Origin: Acidimicrobiales bacterium
GTDB taxonomy: Bacteria; Actinomycetota; Acidimicrobiia; Acidimicrobiales; CADCTF01
DNA length: 64,000 nucleotides
Reading direction: 5' to 3'
Assembly: GCA_035540495.1 (NCBI GenBank)
Contig: DATLGL010000004.1
Coordinates: forward strand, 568 to 64,567
This document shows, piece after piece, positions 55,001-64,000 of the stretch (positions are counted from its first letter, which is position 1; every line of letters begins with the position of its first letter). A model generated the notes under the pieces. That model saw nothing but the letters and a program-made list of their open reading frames with translations, did not search any database and was not told the DNA's origin. The translations under genes and the position numbers were made by a program.

Positions 55001-55072
55001 CGCCCTCGGAAGGATTCGAACCTTCGCACCCGGCTCCGGAGGCCGGTGCTCTATCCCCTGAGCTACGAGGGC
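55001..55072 (-). tRNA. tRNA-Arg(CCG), CCA not encoded
   Basis: Full cloverleaf: GCCCTCG/CGAGGGC acceptor, GCTC/GAGC D-stem, CCGGC-CTCCGGA-GCCGG anticodon arm, GAAGG-TTCGAAT-CCTTC T-arm. Confidence 0.97.
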
Positions 55073-55135
55073 GGGAACAGGGCGATCATCGTAGTCCCTC
55101 CGCCCTAGGGCTCTCGCCGCCTACCATCTCTCCCC

Positions 55136-55519
55136 GTGCCCGACGCCAAGGTGCTGCTGGTCGACGACGACCCGGTGATCCTCAAGCTCCTCCAGGTCAA
55201 CTTCGAGATGGAGGGCTACACCGTCATGACTGCGAGCGACGGGGTCGAGGGCCTCGAGAAGGCTCGTGCCGAGCGTCCCGACATCGTGCTGCTCGACATC
55301 ATGATGCCGAGGATGGACGGCCTCCAGGTGACCAAGGAGCTCAGGGGCTCCGACGACACGAAGGAGATCCCGATCATCCTCCTGTCGGCCAAGGCACAGG
55401 CGTCCGACATCCAGACCGGACGTGAGGTCGGGGCCGACGACTACCTGACCAAGCCCTTCGATCCGCTCGAGCTCCTCGAGCGCGTCGGCGACCTCCTCGG
55501 CACCGGCGACATCCACTAG
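55136..55519 (+). CDS. Single-domain response regulator (receiver only)
   Basis: LLVDDD, LLDIMMP, LSAK, YLTKPF. Confidence 0.93.
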   Translation: MPDAKVLLVDDDPVILKLLQVNFEMEGYTVMTASDGVEGLEKARAERPDIVLLDIMMPRMDGLQVTKELRGSDDTKEIPIILLSAKAQASDIQTGREVGADDYLTKPFDPLELLERVGDLLGTGDIH

Positions 55520-55547
55520 CGCCACCCGCCGCGGGCGCTCGTCCGGG

Positions 55548-57278
55548 CTACATCCGCTCGGGCGCTTCGATCCCCAACAGGTCGAGCCCGCGCGCCAAGG
55601 TGCGCGCCGTGACCTCGCAGAGCGCAAGCCTCGACGAGCGCGTCGCCTCGTCGGGAGCCCTCAGCACCGGGCACGACTCGTAGAACGCGGTGAACGACTG
55701 CGCGAGGTCGAACAGGTACGTGCACAGCCGGTGCGGCTGGAGGTGCTCCGCTACCGAGTGCACGGCGTCGCCGAACCCGAGGAGCTCGAGCACGAGCGCC
55801 CGCTCCGCGGCATCGGCCAGGACGATCGGCGTCGAATCGTCGACCGTCACGTCCTCGGCGCGCCGGAAGATCGACCGGATCCGCGCGTGGGCGTACTGGA
55901 GGTACGGCCCGGTGTTGCCTTCGAACGCGAGCATCCGGTCCCAGTCGAAGACGTAGTCCTTGATGCGGTCGTTCGACAGGTCGGCGTACTTCACCGCGCC
56001 GATGCCGATCGCACGCCCCAACCGATCGATGTCGTCCGAAGGCAGGTCGGGGTTCGCATCCCGCACCTTGGCCGTGGCGCGGGCGACCGCCTCGTCGAGC
56101 AGCTCGTTGAGCTTGATGTTCTCGCCGGTGCGGGTCTTGTACATCTTCCGGTCGGGGCCGAGGACCGACCCGAACGACACGTGCACCGCACGCGCAGGCG
56201 GCTGGAGCCACCCGGCCCGCGACACCGTCATGAACACCTGGTCGAGGTGCTGCGTCTGCGGCGAGCCGACGACGTAGATCAGCCAGGTCGCGCCGAGGTT
56301 GCCGACCCGGTAGCGCACGCCGGCGAGGTCGGTCGTGCCGTAGCCGTAGCCGCCGTCCTGCTTGCGGACGAGCAGGGGCGCGTCGTACTTCTCCGTGAAC
56401 ACGACGAGGGCGCCGTCGTCGACCGCAGCGACGCCGACCGCCTCGATCTCGTGCGCGACGTCGTCGAGCATGTCGTTGTAGGCGGACTCGCCGTGGATGT
56501 CGTCGTCGGTGAGAAGCACGCCGAGCCGGTCGTAGGTGTCACGCGCGTGGCCGAGGGAGACGGAGACGAAGGTTCGCCACAGCTCGAGCGTCTCCTCGTC
56601 TCCCGACTGCAGCTTCACGACCCGTTCCCGCGCGCGATCCGCGAAAGCGGCGTCGTTCTTGAACCGGTCGTTCGCCTCCCGGTAGAAGGCGTTGAGGTCG
56701 GCCAGCGACGCGTTCGCCGAATCGGCGGCCGCGCCGATCTCGAGCATGTGCTCGACGAGCATCCCGAACTGCGTTCCCCAGTCGCCGACGTGGTTCTGTC
56801 GGATGACGGTGTGGCCGAGGAAGGTCAGGACGCGCGCGATCGAGTCGCCGATGATCGTCGACCGGAGATGCCCGATGTGCATCTCCTTCGCCAGGTTCGG
56901 CGAGGAGTAGTCGATGACAACCGTCTCCGGAGCCTCAGCGGGGTCGACGCCGAGGCGGTCGGGGTCGCCGAGCAGCGACCGCGCAGCGACGCCCAGCGCG
57001 TCGTCGCTCAACCAGATGTTGATGAACCCGGGGCCGGCGACCTCGACCTTGGCGATCAGGTCATCCCCGTCGAGCGCGTCGACGATCTGCTGGGCCAGCT
57101 CCCGCGGCTGACGGCCGGCCCTCTTCCCCAGCGCCATCGCTGCGTTCGCCTGGAAGTCGCCGAAGCCGGGCTGCGTCGAGCGTCGAAGGACCGGGTCGCT
57201 TCCTGCGTACTCGGAGCCGAGCACGCCCTCTATCGCGCTCTGGAGGCGCGAGCGGAGCTGGGCGACCGGGTTGGGCAT
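55548..57278 (-). CDS. argS: Arginine--tRNA ligase
   Basis: GDFQAN, GPGFIN, SSPNLAKEMHIGHLRS, KYADLS, GNTGPYLQYAHAR. Confidence 0.97.
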   Translation of the reverse strand: MPNPVAQLRSRLQSAIEGVLGSEYAGSDPVLRRSTQPGFGDFQANAAMALGKRAGRQPRELAQQIVDALDGDDLIAKVEVAGPGFINIWLSDDALGVAARSLLGDPDRLGVDPAEAPETVVIDYSSPNLAKEMHIGHLRSTIIGDSIARVLTFLGHTVIRQNHVGDWGTQFGMLVEHMLEIGAAADSANASLADLNAFYREANDRFKNDAAFADRARERVVKLQSGDEETLELWRTFVSVSLGHARDTYDRLGVLLTDDDIHGESAYNDMLDDVAHEIEAVGVAAVDDGALVVFTEKYDAPLLVRKQDGGYGYGTTDLAGVRYRVGNLGATWLIYVVGSPQTQHLDQVFMTVSRAGWLQPPARAVHVSFGSVLGPDRKMYKTRTGENIKLNELLDEAVARATAKVRDANPDLPSDDIDRLGRAIGIGAVKYADLSNDRIKDYVFDWDRMLAFEGNTGPYLQYAHARIRSIFRRAEDVTVDDSTPIVLADAAERALVLELLGFGDAVHSVAEHLQPHRLCTYLFDLAQSFTAFYESCPVLRAPDEATRSSRLALCEVTARTLARGLDLLGIEAPERM

Positions 57279-57325
57279 GTGTCATGGTCGGTGAGCCCCC
57301 CACGGACGGTCAAACTGATAAGCGC

Positions 57326-58603
57326 ATGCCGCCGCTCCCGCGCTACCTCCTCCCCAAGAACGCCTCCGTCGACGAGCGCGGCCGCCTCGCGATCGCCGGC
57401 GTCGACTTGCTGGAACTAGCGCGCGACCACGGGACGCCGTTGTTCGTCTACGACGAGGATCATCTCCGCGCGCAGTGCCGCGCCGCGGTGGAAGCCTGGG
57501 GGGACGGTGTCGCCTACGCGTCGAAGGCGTTCCTGTGCAAGGCCATGGCGAGACTCGCCTACGAGGAGGGCATGCACATCGACGTCTCGACCGGCGGCGA
57601 GCTCTACGTCGCGCGAGCGGCCGGCGTGCCGGGCAGCCGGCTCGTCCTCCACGGCAACAACAAGTCGGAAGCCGAGCTCGCGTACGCCCTCGACGAAGGC
57701 GTGGGTCGGATCATCGTCGACTCCTTCGACGAGCTCCGGCGCCTGGCCGATCTGAAGCGGCCCGCCCGCGTCCTCCTGCGCGTGACCCCTGGCGTCGAGG
57801 CGCACACCCACGAGTACGTGATGACGGGCCACGAGGACACCAAGTTCGGGTTCTCCATCTCGAGCGGTGCTGCAGCGGAGGCGGTGGCGCGGGCGAGAGA
57901 CATCGCGCACGTCGACCTCGTCGGCATCCACGCCCACATCGGAAGCCAGATCTTCCTCCTTGCGTCGTTCGTGAAGGAGGTGGAGGCACTTGCCGGCTTC
58001 CTGCGTGACATCGGCGTCGATCAACTCGAGGAGCTCTGCCTCGGCGGCGGTCTCGGCGTGCCCTACGTCGAGGGCGAGGCAGCGCCGACGATCGACGAGT
58101 GGGCCGAGACGGTCCGGAAGGCGTGCGCGAACGTCGGTGTACCCTCGCACCTCCGGCTGACCGCCGAGCCCGGCCGAGCGATCGTCGCTGCTGCGGCCAT
58201 CACGCTGTACACGGTCGGGACGATCAAGGACCTGCCCGGCATCCGCACCTACGTGGCCGTCGACGGCGGCATGAGCGACAACCCTCGGCCGGTGCTCTAC
58301 GGCTCCGGCTACGAAGCGTTCCTCCCTCGGGCAACGGATGCGGACAGGCCTCGGCGTGCGACGGTCGTCGGAAAGCACTGCGAGTCGGGCGACCAGATCG
58401 TGCGCGACGCCGCCCTCCCGGAAGATGTGGCGGTGGGTGACGTGCTCGCGACACCGGTCACCGGCGCGTACGGCCACTCGATGGCGTCGAACTACAACAA
58501 GGTCCCTCGCCCGGCGGTGCTGTTCGTGCGCGACGGTGACGCGAGGATCGTGGTGAGGCGGGAGACCTACGACGACCTCGTGAGGTTGGACGCCGACCTC
58601 TGA
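57326..58603 (+). CDS. lysA: Diaminopimelate decarboxylase
   Basis: YASKAF, HGNNKS, KFG, HIGSQ, EPGR, GKHCESGD, GAYG. Confidence 0.97.
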   Translation: MPPLPRYLLPKNASVDERGRLAIAGVDLLELARDHGTPLFVYDEDHLRAQCRAAVEAWGDGVAYASKAFLCKAMARLAYEEGMHIDVSTGGELYVARAAGVPGSRLVLHGNNKSEAELAYALDEGVGRIIVDSFDELRRLADLKRPARVLLRVTPGVEAHTHEYVMTGHEDTKFGFSISSGAAAEAVARARDIAHVDLVGIHAHIGSQIFLLASFVKEVEALAGFLRDIGVDQLEELCLGGGLGVPYVEGEAAPTIDEWAETVRKACANVGVPSHLRLTAEPGRAIVAAAAITLYTVGTIKDLPGIRTYVAVDGGMSDNPRPVLYGSGYEAFLPRATDADRPRRATVVGKHCESGDQIVRDAALPEDVAVGDVLATPVTGAYGHSMASNYNKVPRPAVLFVRDGDARIVVRRETYDDLVRLDADL

Positions 58604-59646
58604 TGGAGGCCTTCGATGCCGCGCTCGAGATGCTCGACGGTTTCGGGACCGAGTTCGGCCCTGGCCTCTCGAATCACGGACCGATGGCCGCGGAGGCGCT
58701 CACGACGCTCGGCCGGGAAGATGTGGTCGAACGTTGGGTAGCCGCCTACAGGTCGCGATTGGAGCCGCGCGAGGTCGAACGTGACCCGATCACGGCCGGC
58801 GACTGGCGAGAAGCGCTCGGTGCGCCATCTCGCGTCGGCGACTGGATCGCGTTCTTCGAGCGCGAGCTCGGAGACGCCGGCGTCGACATGGTGCTCGCGA
58901 CGTGGCTGCCGCGGCTGGCTCCCGGCGCGATGGCCGCCGCCGCTCACGGGATCATCCGGACCGCGCACGCCGTTCGCGCGCTCGGCGGCGCCGCGTCGAA
59001 CGAGCTCCGACGAACTGAGGTAGCCACCGGCCTCGGGTATTGGGCCGCTCGCTACCAGGAGCTGCCGGGTGCGCCTCGGCCGACGGGTGCCAAGTCTGCG
59101 CTCGAGGCGCTCGACGACGTCCCGGTGATCGCCGAGGCAGACCGCGGCGCGTTCCTCATCTTCGAGCAGGTACGGGCGGTCGATGCCGTGTCGGGGTTCT
59201 CGGCCGCCGTCGACTCGTTCGGCCAGCCGGCTGATCCGGACGAAGCGCTCGATGCGGTGATCGCCGCGGCCGCGCATGCCTACGTCGGGTGTGACCGTCG
59301 CACCGAGATCGCGTTCGTGCACGGCGTCACCGGCCCATCGGCGCTCCGTGTCCTGCTGCCGTACCTCCCGGACGGAGACGGGCGACGCCTAGCGGTGACG
59401 TACGCGTGGCAGGTGGTGGCGGCGATCCGCTCGGCGTACGGGGCCCGTCGGTTGCCCGACGTCGTGATCCCCGACGCGGGCGCGTGGGACGACCTCGTCG
59501 ACCGCGCCGTGGCCGACGGCGACGGCGACGAGCACGCGATCAAGATGGTCGAGGCGTGCCGGCGCGAACACGCCAGAACCGGCTCGAACGTTCTGGTCGC
59601 CGCCGCACGGCGGGCCGCCGGTGCACCGATAGCGTGGGACTCGTGA
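58603..59646 (+). CDS. Questin-oxidase-like (DUF4243) protein
   Basis: GLSNHGPM, HGIIRTAHA, HGVTG, DEHAIK; start overlaps the lysA stop. Confidence 0.7.
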   Translation: MEAFDAALEMLDGFGTEFGPGLSNHGPMAAEALTTLGREDVVERWVAAYRSRLEPREVERDPITAGDWREALGAPSRVGDWIAFFERELGDAGVDMVLATWLPRLAPGAMAAAAHGIIRTAHAVRALGGAASNELRRTEVATGLGYWAARYQELPGAPRPTGAKSALEALDDVPVIAEADRGAFLIFEQVRAVDAVSGFSAAVDSFGQPADPDEALDAVIAAAAHAYVGCDRRTEIAFVHGVTGPSALRVLLPYLPDGDGRRLAVTYAWQVVAAIRSAYGARRLPDVVIPDAGAWDDLVDRAVADGDGDEHAIKMVEACRREHARTGSNVLVAAARRAAGAPIAWDS

Positions 59647-60926
59647 CTGCTCCCGTCCGGGTCGGGGTGATCGGATTCAGCAACGTGGGCGCCGCGCTCA
59701 TCCGTCTGCTGACCGAGGAAGCCGACGCGATCGAAGCCCGGACCGGCGTGCGCCTCGAGCTCGCGCGCGTCGCGGTGAAGGACGTCTCGAAGCGGCGAAC
59801 GGTGCCTCTGCCCGAGGGCATGGTCACCGACGACACCCTCGGCGTCGTCAAGGACCCCGACATCGACGTGATCGTCGAGCTGATGGGGACGATCGAGCCG
59901 GCGCGAACGTTCATCCTCGACGCGCTCTCGGCGGGCAAGCCTGTGGTGAGCGCGAACAAGGAACTGCTGGCCAACGTCGGACCCGAGCTCTTCGAGACCG
60001 CCGTGGCCAAGGGTGTCGATCTCCTGTTCGAAGCATCGGTCGGCGGCGGCATCCCGCTCCTGCGCCCGCTGCGCGAGTCGCTCGCCGGCGATCGAGTCAA
60101 CCGGATGATGGGCATCGTCAACGGGACGACGAACTACATCCTCACGAAGATGTCGGAGGAGGGGAGCGCGTACGAAGACGCGCTCGCCGAGGCCCAGGCG
60201 CTCGGTTTCGCCGAGCTCGATCCCACCGCCGACGTCGAGGGCTTCGACGCCGCGGCGAAGGCTGCGATCCTCGCCACCGTCGGCTTCGGCCAGCGCGTCG
60301 TCGCGAGCGACGTCTACCGCGAGGGGATCTCGGGAGTCACCGCGGCCGACATCGCCTTCGCCGCGCGCCTCGGTTACGTGGTGAAGCTCCTGGCCGTCGC
60401 CGAACGGGTCGGTGACGAGGTGGCCGTGCGCGTGCACCCGACGATGGTTCCCGACGCACATCCACTCGCCGCCGTGCGTGAGTCGTTCAACGCCGTCTTC
60501 ATCGAGGCGGAAGCCGTTGGCGACCTCATGCTCTACGGCCGGGGTGCCGGCGGCATGCCGACCGCGAGCGCGGTGCTCGGCGACCTCGTCGACGCGGCCC
60601 ACAACCTCCGCGCCGGAGCGAGCGGTCGCACGTCGATCCCCCCTGTGGCCGCCATCCATCCGATGGAGGAGACGAGCTCGCAGTACTACCTCAGCCTCGA
60701 GGTGGCCGATCGCCCCGGTGTGCTCGCCGCTGTCGCCGGCATCTTCGGCGAGCACGGCGTGTCGATCCGCTCCATGGAGCAGGAAGGCCTCGGCGACGAA
60801 GCCCGCCTCATCTTCATCACCCACCGCGCGGTCGAGCGCGACATGCAGGCCACGCTGCGGGCACTGCGCGAGCTCGATGCGCTCGATCGCGTCGGCACCG
60901 TCCTCCGCGTCGTCGGACAGGAGTAG
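59643..60926 (+). CDS. hom: Homoserine dehydrogenase with ACT domain
   Basis: VSANK, FEASVGGGIP, NGTTNYIL, DPTADVEG, GAGGMPTASAV, DRPGVLA. Confidence 0.96.
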   Translation: MTAPVRVGVIGFSNVGAALIRLLTEEADAIEARTGVRLELARVAVKDVSKRRTVPLPEGMVTDDTLGVVKDPDIDVIVELMGTIEPARTFILDALSAGKPVVSANKELLANVGPELFETAVAKGVDLLFEASVGGGIPLLRPLRESLAGDRVNRMMGIVNGTTNYILTKMSEEGSAYEDALAEAQALGFAELDPTADVEGFDAAAKAAILATVGFGQRVVASDVYREGISGVTAADIAFAARLGYVVKLLAVAERVGDEVAVRVHPTMVPDAHPLAAVRESFNAVFIEAEAVGDLMLYGRGAGGMPTASAVLGDLVDAAHNLRAGASGRTSIPPVAAIHPMEETSSQYYLSLEVADRPGVLAAVAGIFGEHGVSIRSMEQEGLGDEARLIFITHRAVERDMQATLRALRELDALDRVGTVLRVVGQE

Positions 60927-60935
60927 GCGTTCGCG

Positions 60936-61976
60936 ATGGCCGGTTGGCGTGGACTCATCGAGGAGTACCGCGAGTTCCTCCCCGTCACCGACGACTCGCC
61001 CGTCGTCACCCTGCAGGAGGGGAACACGCCCCTGCTACCTGCGCCCCGACTGTCCGATCGCGTCGGTGCCGAGGTGTACCTGAAGTACGAGGGCCTCAAC
61101 CCCACCGGTTCGTTCAAGGACCGTGGGATGACGATGGCCATCTCGAAGGCGGTCGAAGACGGCGCGAAGGCTGTCGTGTGCGCATCGACCGGGAACACCT
61201 CCGCGTCGGCCGCGGCCTACGCGGCGCGTGCCGGGCTGACGTGCGCGGTCCTCATCCCGGAGGGCTACATCGCGCTGGGGAAGCTCGCACAGGCCCTGAT
61301 CCACGGGGCCAAGGTCCTCCAGATCCGCGGCAACTTCGACGTCGCGCTCGACATCGTCCGCGACCTCGGCGAACGCGCGCCGATCACCGTCGTCAACTCG
61401 ATCAACCCCCACCGGATCGACGGGCAGATGACGGGCGCGTTCGAGGTGGTCGACGTGCTCGGCGACGCGCCCGACTACCACTGCATCCCGGTCGGCAACG
61501 CGGGCAACATCACCGCGTACTGGAAGGGCTACCGCCGCTACCAGGACGCGGGTCGCACCACGAAGCTGCCTCGGATGCTCGGCTTCCAAGCCGCTGGAGC
61601 CGCGCCTCTCGTCGACGGCCACGACGTCGAGAAGCCCGACACCATCGCGACCGCCATCCGGATCGGCAAGCCCGCGTCGGGCTACGGCGCATTGGCGGCG
61701 GCGCGAGAGTCTGGCGGCGGCATCTTCGCGGTGACCGACGACGAGATCCTCGAGGCCTACCGCTTCGTCGCGAGCGAGGAATCCGTCTTCTGCGAGCCCG
61801 CGTCAGCGGCGTCCGTCGCCGGGCTCATGAAGGTCGGTGTGCCCGAGGGGTCGAAGGTCGTGTGCGTCCTCACCGGCCACGGGCTGAAGGATCCCGACAC
61901 CGCGATCGGCCAGATCGCGGTCCCCGACGCCGTCGACGCCTCCTTCGAAGCGATCTCCCGCGAGCTCGGCATCTGA
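60936..61976 (+). CDS. thrC: Threonine synthase
   Basis: [38 protein letters not shown]. Confidence 0.96.
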   Translation: MAGWRGLIEEYREFLPVTDDSPVVTLQEGNTPLLPAPRLSDRVGAEVYLKYEGLNPTGSFKDRGMTMAISKAVEDGAKAVVCASTGNTSASAAAYAARAGLTCAVLIPEGYIALGKLAQALIHGAKVLQIRGNFDVALDIVRDLGERAPITVVNSINPHRIDGQMTGAFEVVDVLGDAPDYHCIPVGNAGNITAYWKGYRRYQDAGRTTKLPRMLGFQAAGAAPLVDGHDVEKPDTIATAIRIGKPASGYGALAAARESGGGIFAVTDDEILEAYRFVASEESVFCEPASAASVAGLMKVGVPEGSKVVCVLTGHGLKDPDTAIGQIAVPDAVDASFEAISRELGI

Positions 61977-62283
61977 GGCTGCCACGAGGTCGCTTCGGGC
62001 CCCCAACGCCTCGCCGGTGAACCGGTCGGGGCCTGAAGCGGGGAGCGGCGGCTGTTGTCGCAGGTCACACGGGGCGGGTACACTCGATGGCGAATCGCCC
62101 GACCAGGGCGGCCGTGCACACGGTCGCAGGCTCGGCGTGGGGGACAGGCGGCAGGCGTTTCTCGCTCCCTTCTTTCTTCTCGTTGCGATTCTCCCGACGT
62201 TGACTTCTGGGGCCCCAGGTCGCTGGAAGGCCGCGCCACGAACCATCGAGTCCCTTCCCGACGCGGAAGCAAGTGAGGTGCAC

Positions 62284-64000
62284 ATGAGCGGAGAGCAGGC
62301 GCTCGAACGCTCGGTCCTGGAGCGCAAGGAACGCGACGAGCTCCAGACGATCGCAGAAGCCCTTGGCGTGAAGCCCGGGTCGCGGACCAAGAAGGCCGAC
62401 CTGATCGGGCAGATCCTCGTCGCAGCCGGGGTCGAACCGGCACCGGCCGAGGGCGAGGCCCCCGAGAAGCCGAAGCGGACGCGCACCCGCAAGGCCGTCG
62501 CCGCGGCCGACGGGGCGGGGGATGCTGACGTCGAGCTGACGGCCGAGGCCGCAGCGCCGTCTGTGGCGAACGGGCAGGCGAACGGCCACGTCGACGACGC
62601 GTCGGCAGAGGGGATCATGATCGGCGACGCCGCAGCGGTCGACGCGCCGGCGCCCGATGCACCCGCGGAGGCAGAGCCCGCGACCGAGCTCGCCAGTGGC
62701 TCCGACACCGATGAGCGTCCGCGCGAGCGCCAGCAGCAGCCGCAGCGGAACGAGAACCGTCAGGGCAACGACAACCGCCACGGCAACGACCGCCAGCCCA
62801 ACGACAACCGTCAGGGCGGCCGCGGCCAGCAGCAGGGCCAGCAGAACCAGGGCAACCAGCAGAACCAGGGCAACCAGCAGAACCAGGGCGGCAACTTCGA
62901 CGACGCCCAAGGTGAGGGTCGTCGCAGCCGCCGCCGGCGCGGACGGGATCGAGACCGCGACCGCGACTTCCGTGTCCAGGAGCAGAACGCCGAGCAGCAG
63001 TACCAGGGCGAGCTGATCGAGGTCACCGGCCTGCTCGACCTCACCGAGCAGGGCTACGGCTTCCTCCGCACCAAGGGCTACCTGCCCCATCCCGACGACG
63101 TCTACGTCTCGACCAGCCAAGCCCGCCGGTTCGCGCTCCGAAAGGGCGACCACATCGAGGGCGCCGCTCGTCCGCCGATGGGGAACGAGAAGTACGGCGC
63201 GCTGCTGCGGATCGACAAGATCAGCGGCCAGACGCCCGACGAAGCACGCGACCGCCGCAAGTTCGAAGACCTCACGCCGCTGTTCCCCGACGTGAAGCTG
63301 CCGATCAGCCGGTCCGACAAGCCCTACGACACGACCGGCCGCATCATCGACCTGATCAGCCCGATCGGGAAGGGCCAGCGCGGGATGATCGTCTCGCCGC
63401 CCAAGGCCGGGAAGACGACCGTCATCAAGGAAATCGCGACGGCGATTGAGCACAACAACCCTGAGGTCCACCTCATGGTGCTGCTCGTCGACGAACGTCC
63501 CGAAGAGGTGACGATGATGAAGCGGACGCTCAAGTCCGGCGAGGTCGTCGCCTCCACGTTCGACCGTCCGTCCGAGGAGCACACGCTCGTCGCCGAGCTG
63601 GCACTCGAGCGGGCGAAGCGCCTCGTTGAGCTGGGACAGGACGTCGTGATCATCCTCGACGGCATCACCCGCCTCGCCCGCGCCTACAACCTGTCGGCTC
63701 CCGCGTCGGGGCGCCTCACGTCGGGCGGCATCGACCAGGCCGCGATCTACCCGCCGAAGAAGTTCTTCGGAGCGGCGCGGAATATCGAGGAGGGTGGATC
63801 GTTGACCATCCTCGCCACGGCGCTGGTCGAGACCGGCTCCAAGGCAGACGACGTGATCTTCGAGGAGTTCAAGGGCACCGGGAACATGGAGCTTCGCCTC
63901 GACCGCCGCCTGGCTGAGCGCCGGGTGTATCCGGCGATCGACGTGAACGCCTCGTCGACTCGCCACGAGGAGCTGCTCTTCGACGGGAAGAAGACGCTCG
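62284..64000 (+). CDS. rho: Transcription termination factor Rho, 3' truncated by window end
   Basis: Read manually (absent from the ORF track): [40 protein letters not shown]-like [19 protein letters not shown]. Confidence 0.96.
   Translation, partial: MSGEQALERSVLERKERDELQTIAEALGVKPGSRTKKADLIGQILVAAGVEPAPAEGEAPEKPKRTRTRKAVAAADGAGDADVELTAEAAAPSVANGQANGHVDDASAEGIMIGDAAAVDAPAPDAPAEAEPATELASGSDTDERPRERQQQPQRNENRQGNDNRHGNDRQPNDNRQGGRGQQQGQQNQGNQQNQGNQQNQGGNFDDAQGEGRRSRRRRGRDRDRDRDFRVQEQNAEQQYQGELIEVTGLLDLTEQGYGFLRTKGYLPHPDDVYVSTSQARRFALRKGDHIEGAARPPMGNEKYGALLRIDKISGQTPDEARDRRKFEDLTPLFPDVKLPISRSDKPYDTTGRIIDLISPIGKGQRGMIVSPPKAGKTTVIKEIATAIEHNNPEVHLMVLLVDERPEEVTMMKRTLKSGEVVASTFDRPSEEHTLVAELALERAKRLVELGQDVVIILDGITRLARAYNLSAPASGRLTSGGIDQAAIYPPKKFFGAARNIEEGGSLTILATALVETGSKADDVIFEEFKGTGNMELRLDRRLAERRVYPAIDVNASSTRHEELLFDGKKTL
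62839..62889 (+). repeat. 18-bp in-frame tandem repeat (QQNQGN)x~3 in the Rho N-terminal insertion
   Basis: CAGCAGAACCAGGGCAAC at 62839 and 62857, partial copy at 62875. Confidence 0.9.

Larger units (their letters stand above)
1266..55044. mobile_element. Integrative conjugative element (~53.7 kb) inserted in tRNA-Arg(CCG)
   Basis: 45-bp direct repeats at both ends, adjacent tyrosine integrase, MobF relaxase, VirD4/VirB4/VirB6-like genes and excisionase-like HTH genes. Confidence 0.93.

Noticed and set aside
62065-63966. Long antisense/shadow ORFs (also 55731-57419, 57416-58477, 59280-60824, 46175-48286, 4907-6322, 36539-37435)
   Set aside because: They lie opposite or out of frame to well-supported genes and have the low-complexity composition typical of high-GC shadow ORFs.
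1-64000. CRISPR array, cas genes or rRNA
   Set aside because: No regularly spaced repeat-spacer units, cas motifs or rRNA-like sequence were seen.

Overview
High-GC bacterial window. Gene content and order suggest an actinobacterium, possibly Acidimicrobiia-like (inference). About 54 kb (1266-55044) is one integrative conjugative element inserted in tRNA-Arg(CCG). The intact tRNA is at 55001-55072 (-) and its 3' 45 bp are duplicated at 1266-1310, next to a tyrosine integrase. The element contains: (i) a ~28 kb cargo tract (2.8-31 kb) of about 35 small unrelated genes in mixed orientation, including VOC, GNAT, hydrolases, kinases, methyltransferases, NUDIX, an ECF41 sigma factor, a MerR-VOC fusion and an IS110; (ii) a two-component/BTAD/sigma-like regulatory operon; (iii) a MobF relaxase; (iv) a Type III-like mod/res pair; (v) an IS481; (vi) a compact T4SS operon ending in a Prim-Pol gene; (vii) an NYN protein; (viii) a LexA-box-associated divergent region with two excisionase-like HTH genes and an OB-less ATP-dependent ligase. 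The most unexpected signal is a degenerate, same-strand motif (consensus about CGACCS-GAWC-GACG-GDTC) in most intergenic spacers of the cargo tract, roughly one per gene. This suggests an integron-like cassette array with non-attC sites (hypothesis). Host genes flank the element: a Zn-dependent dehydrogenase on the left; a response regulator, argS, lysA, a questin-oxidase-like gene, hom, thrC and a partial rho on the right. Family assignments come from motif recognition by eye, with no database search. Several start codons were reassigned by eye.
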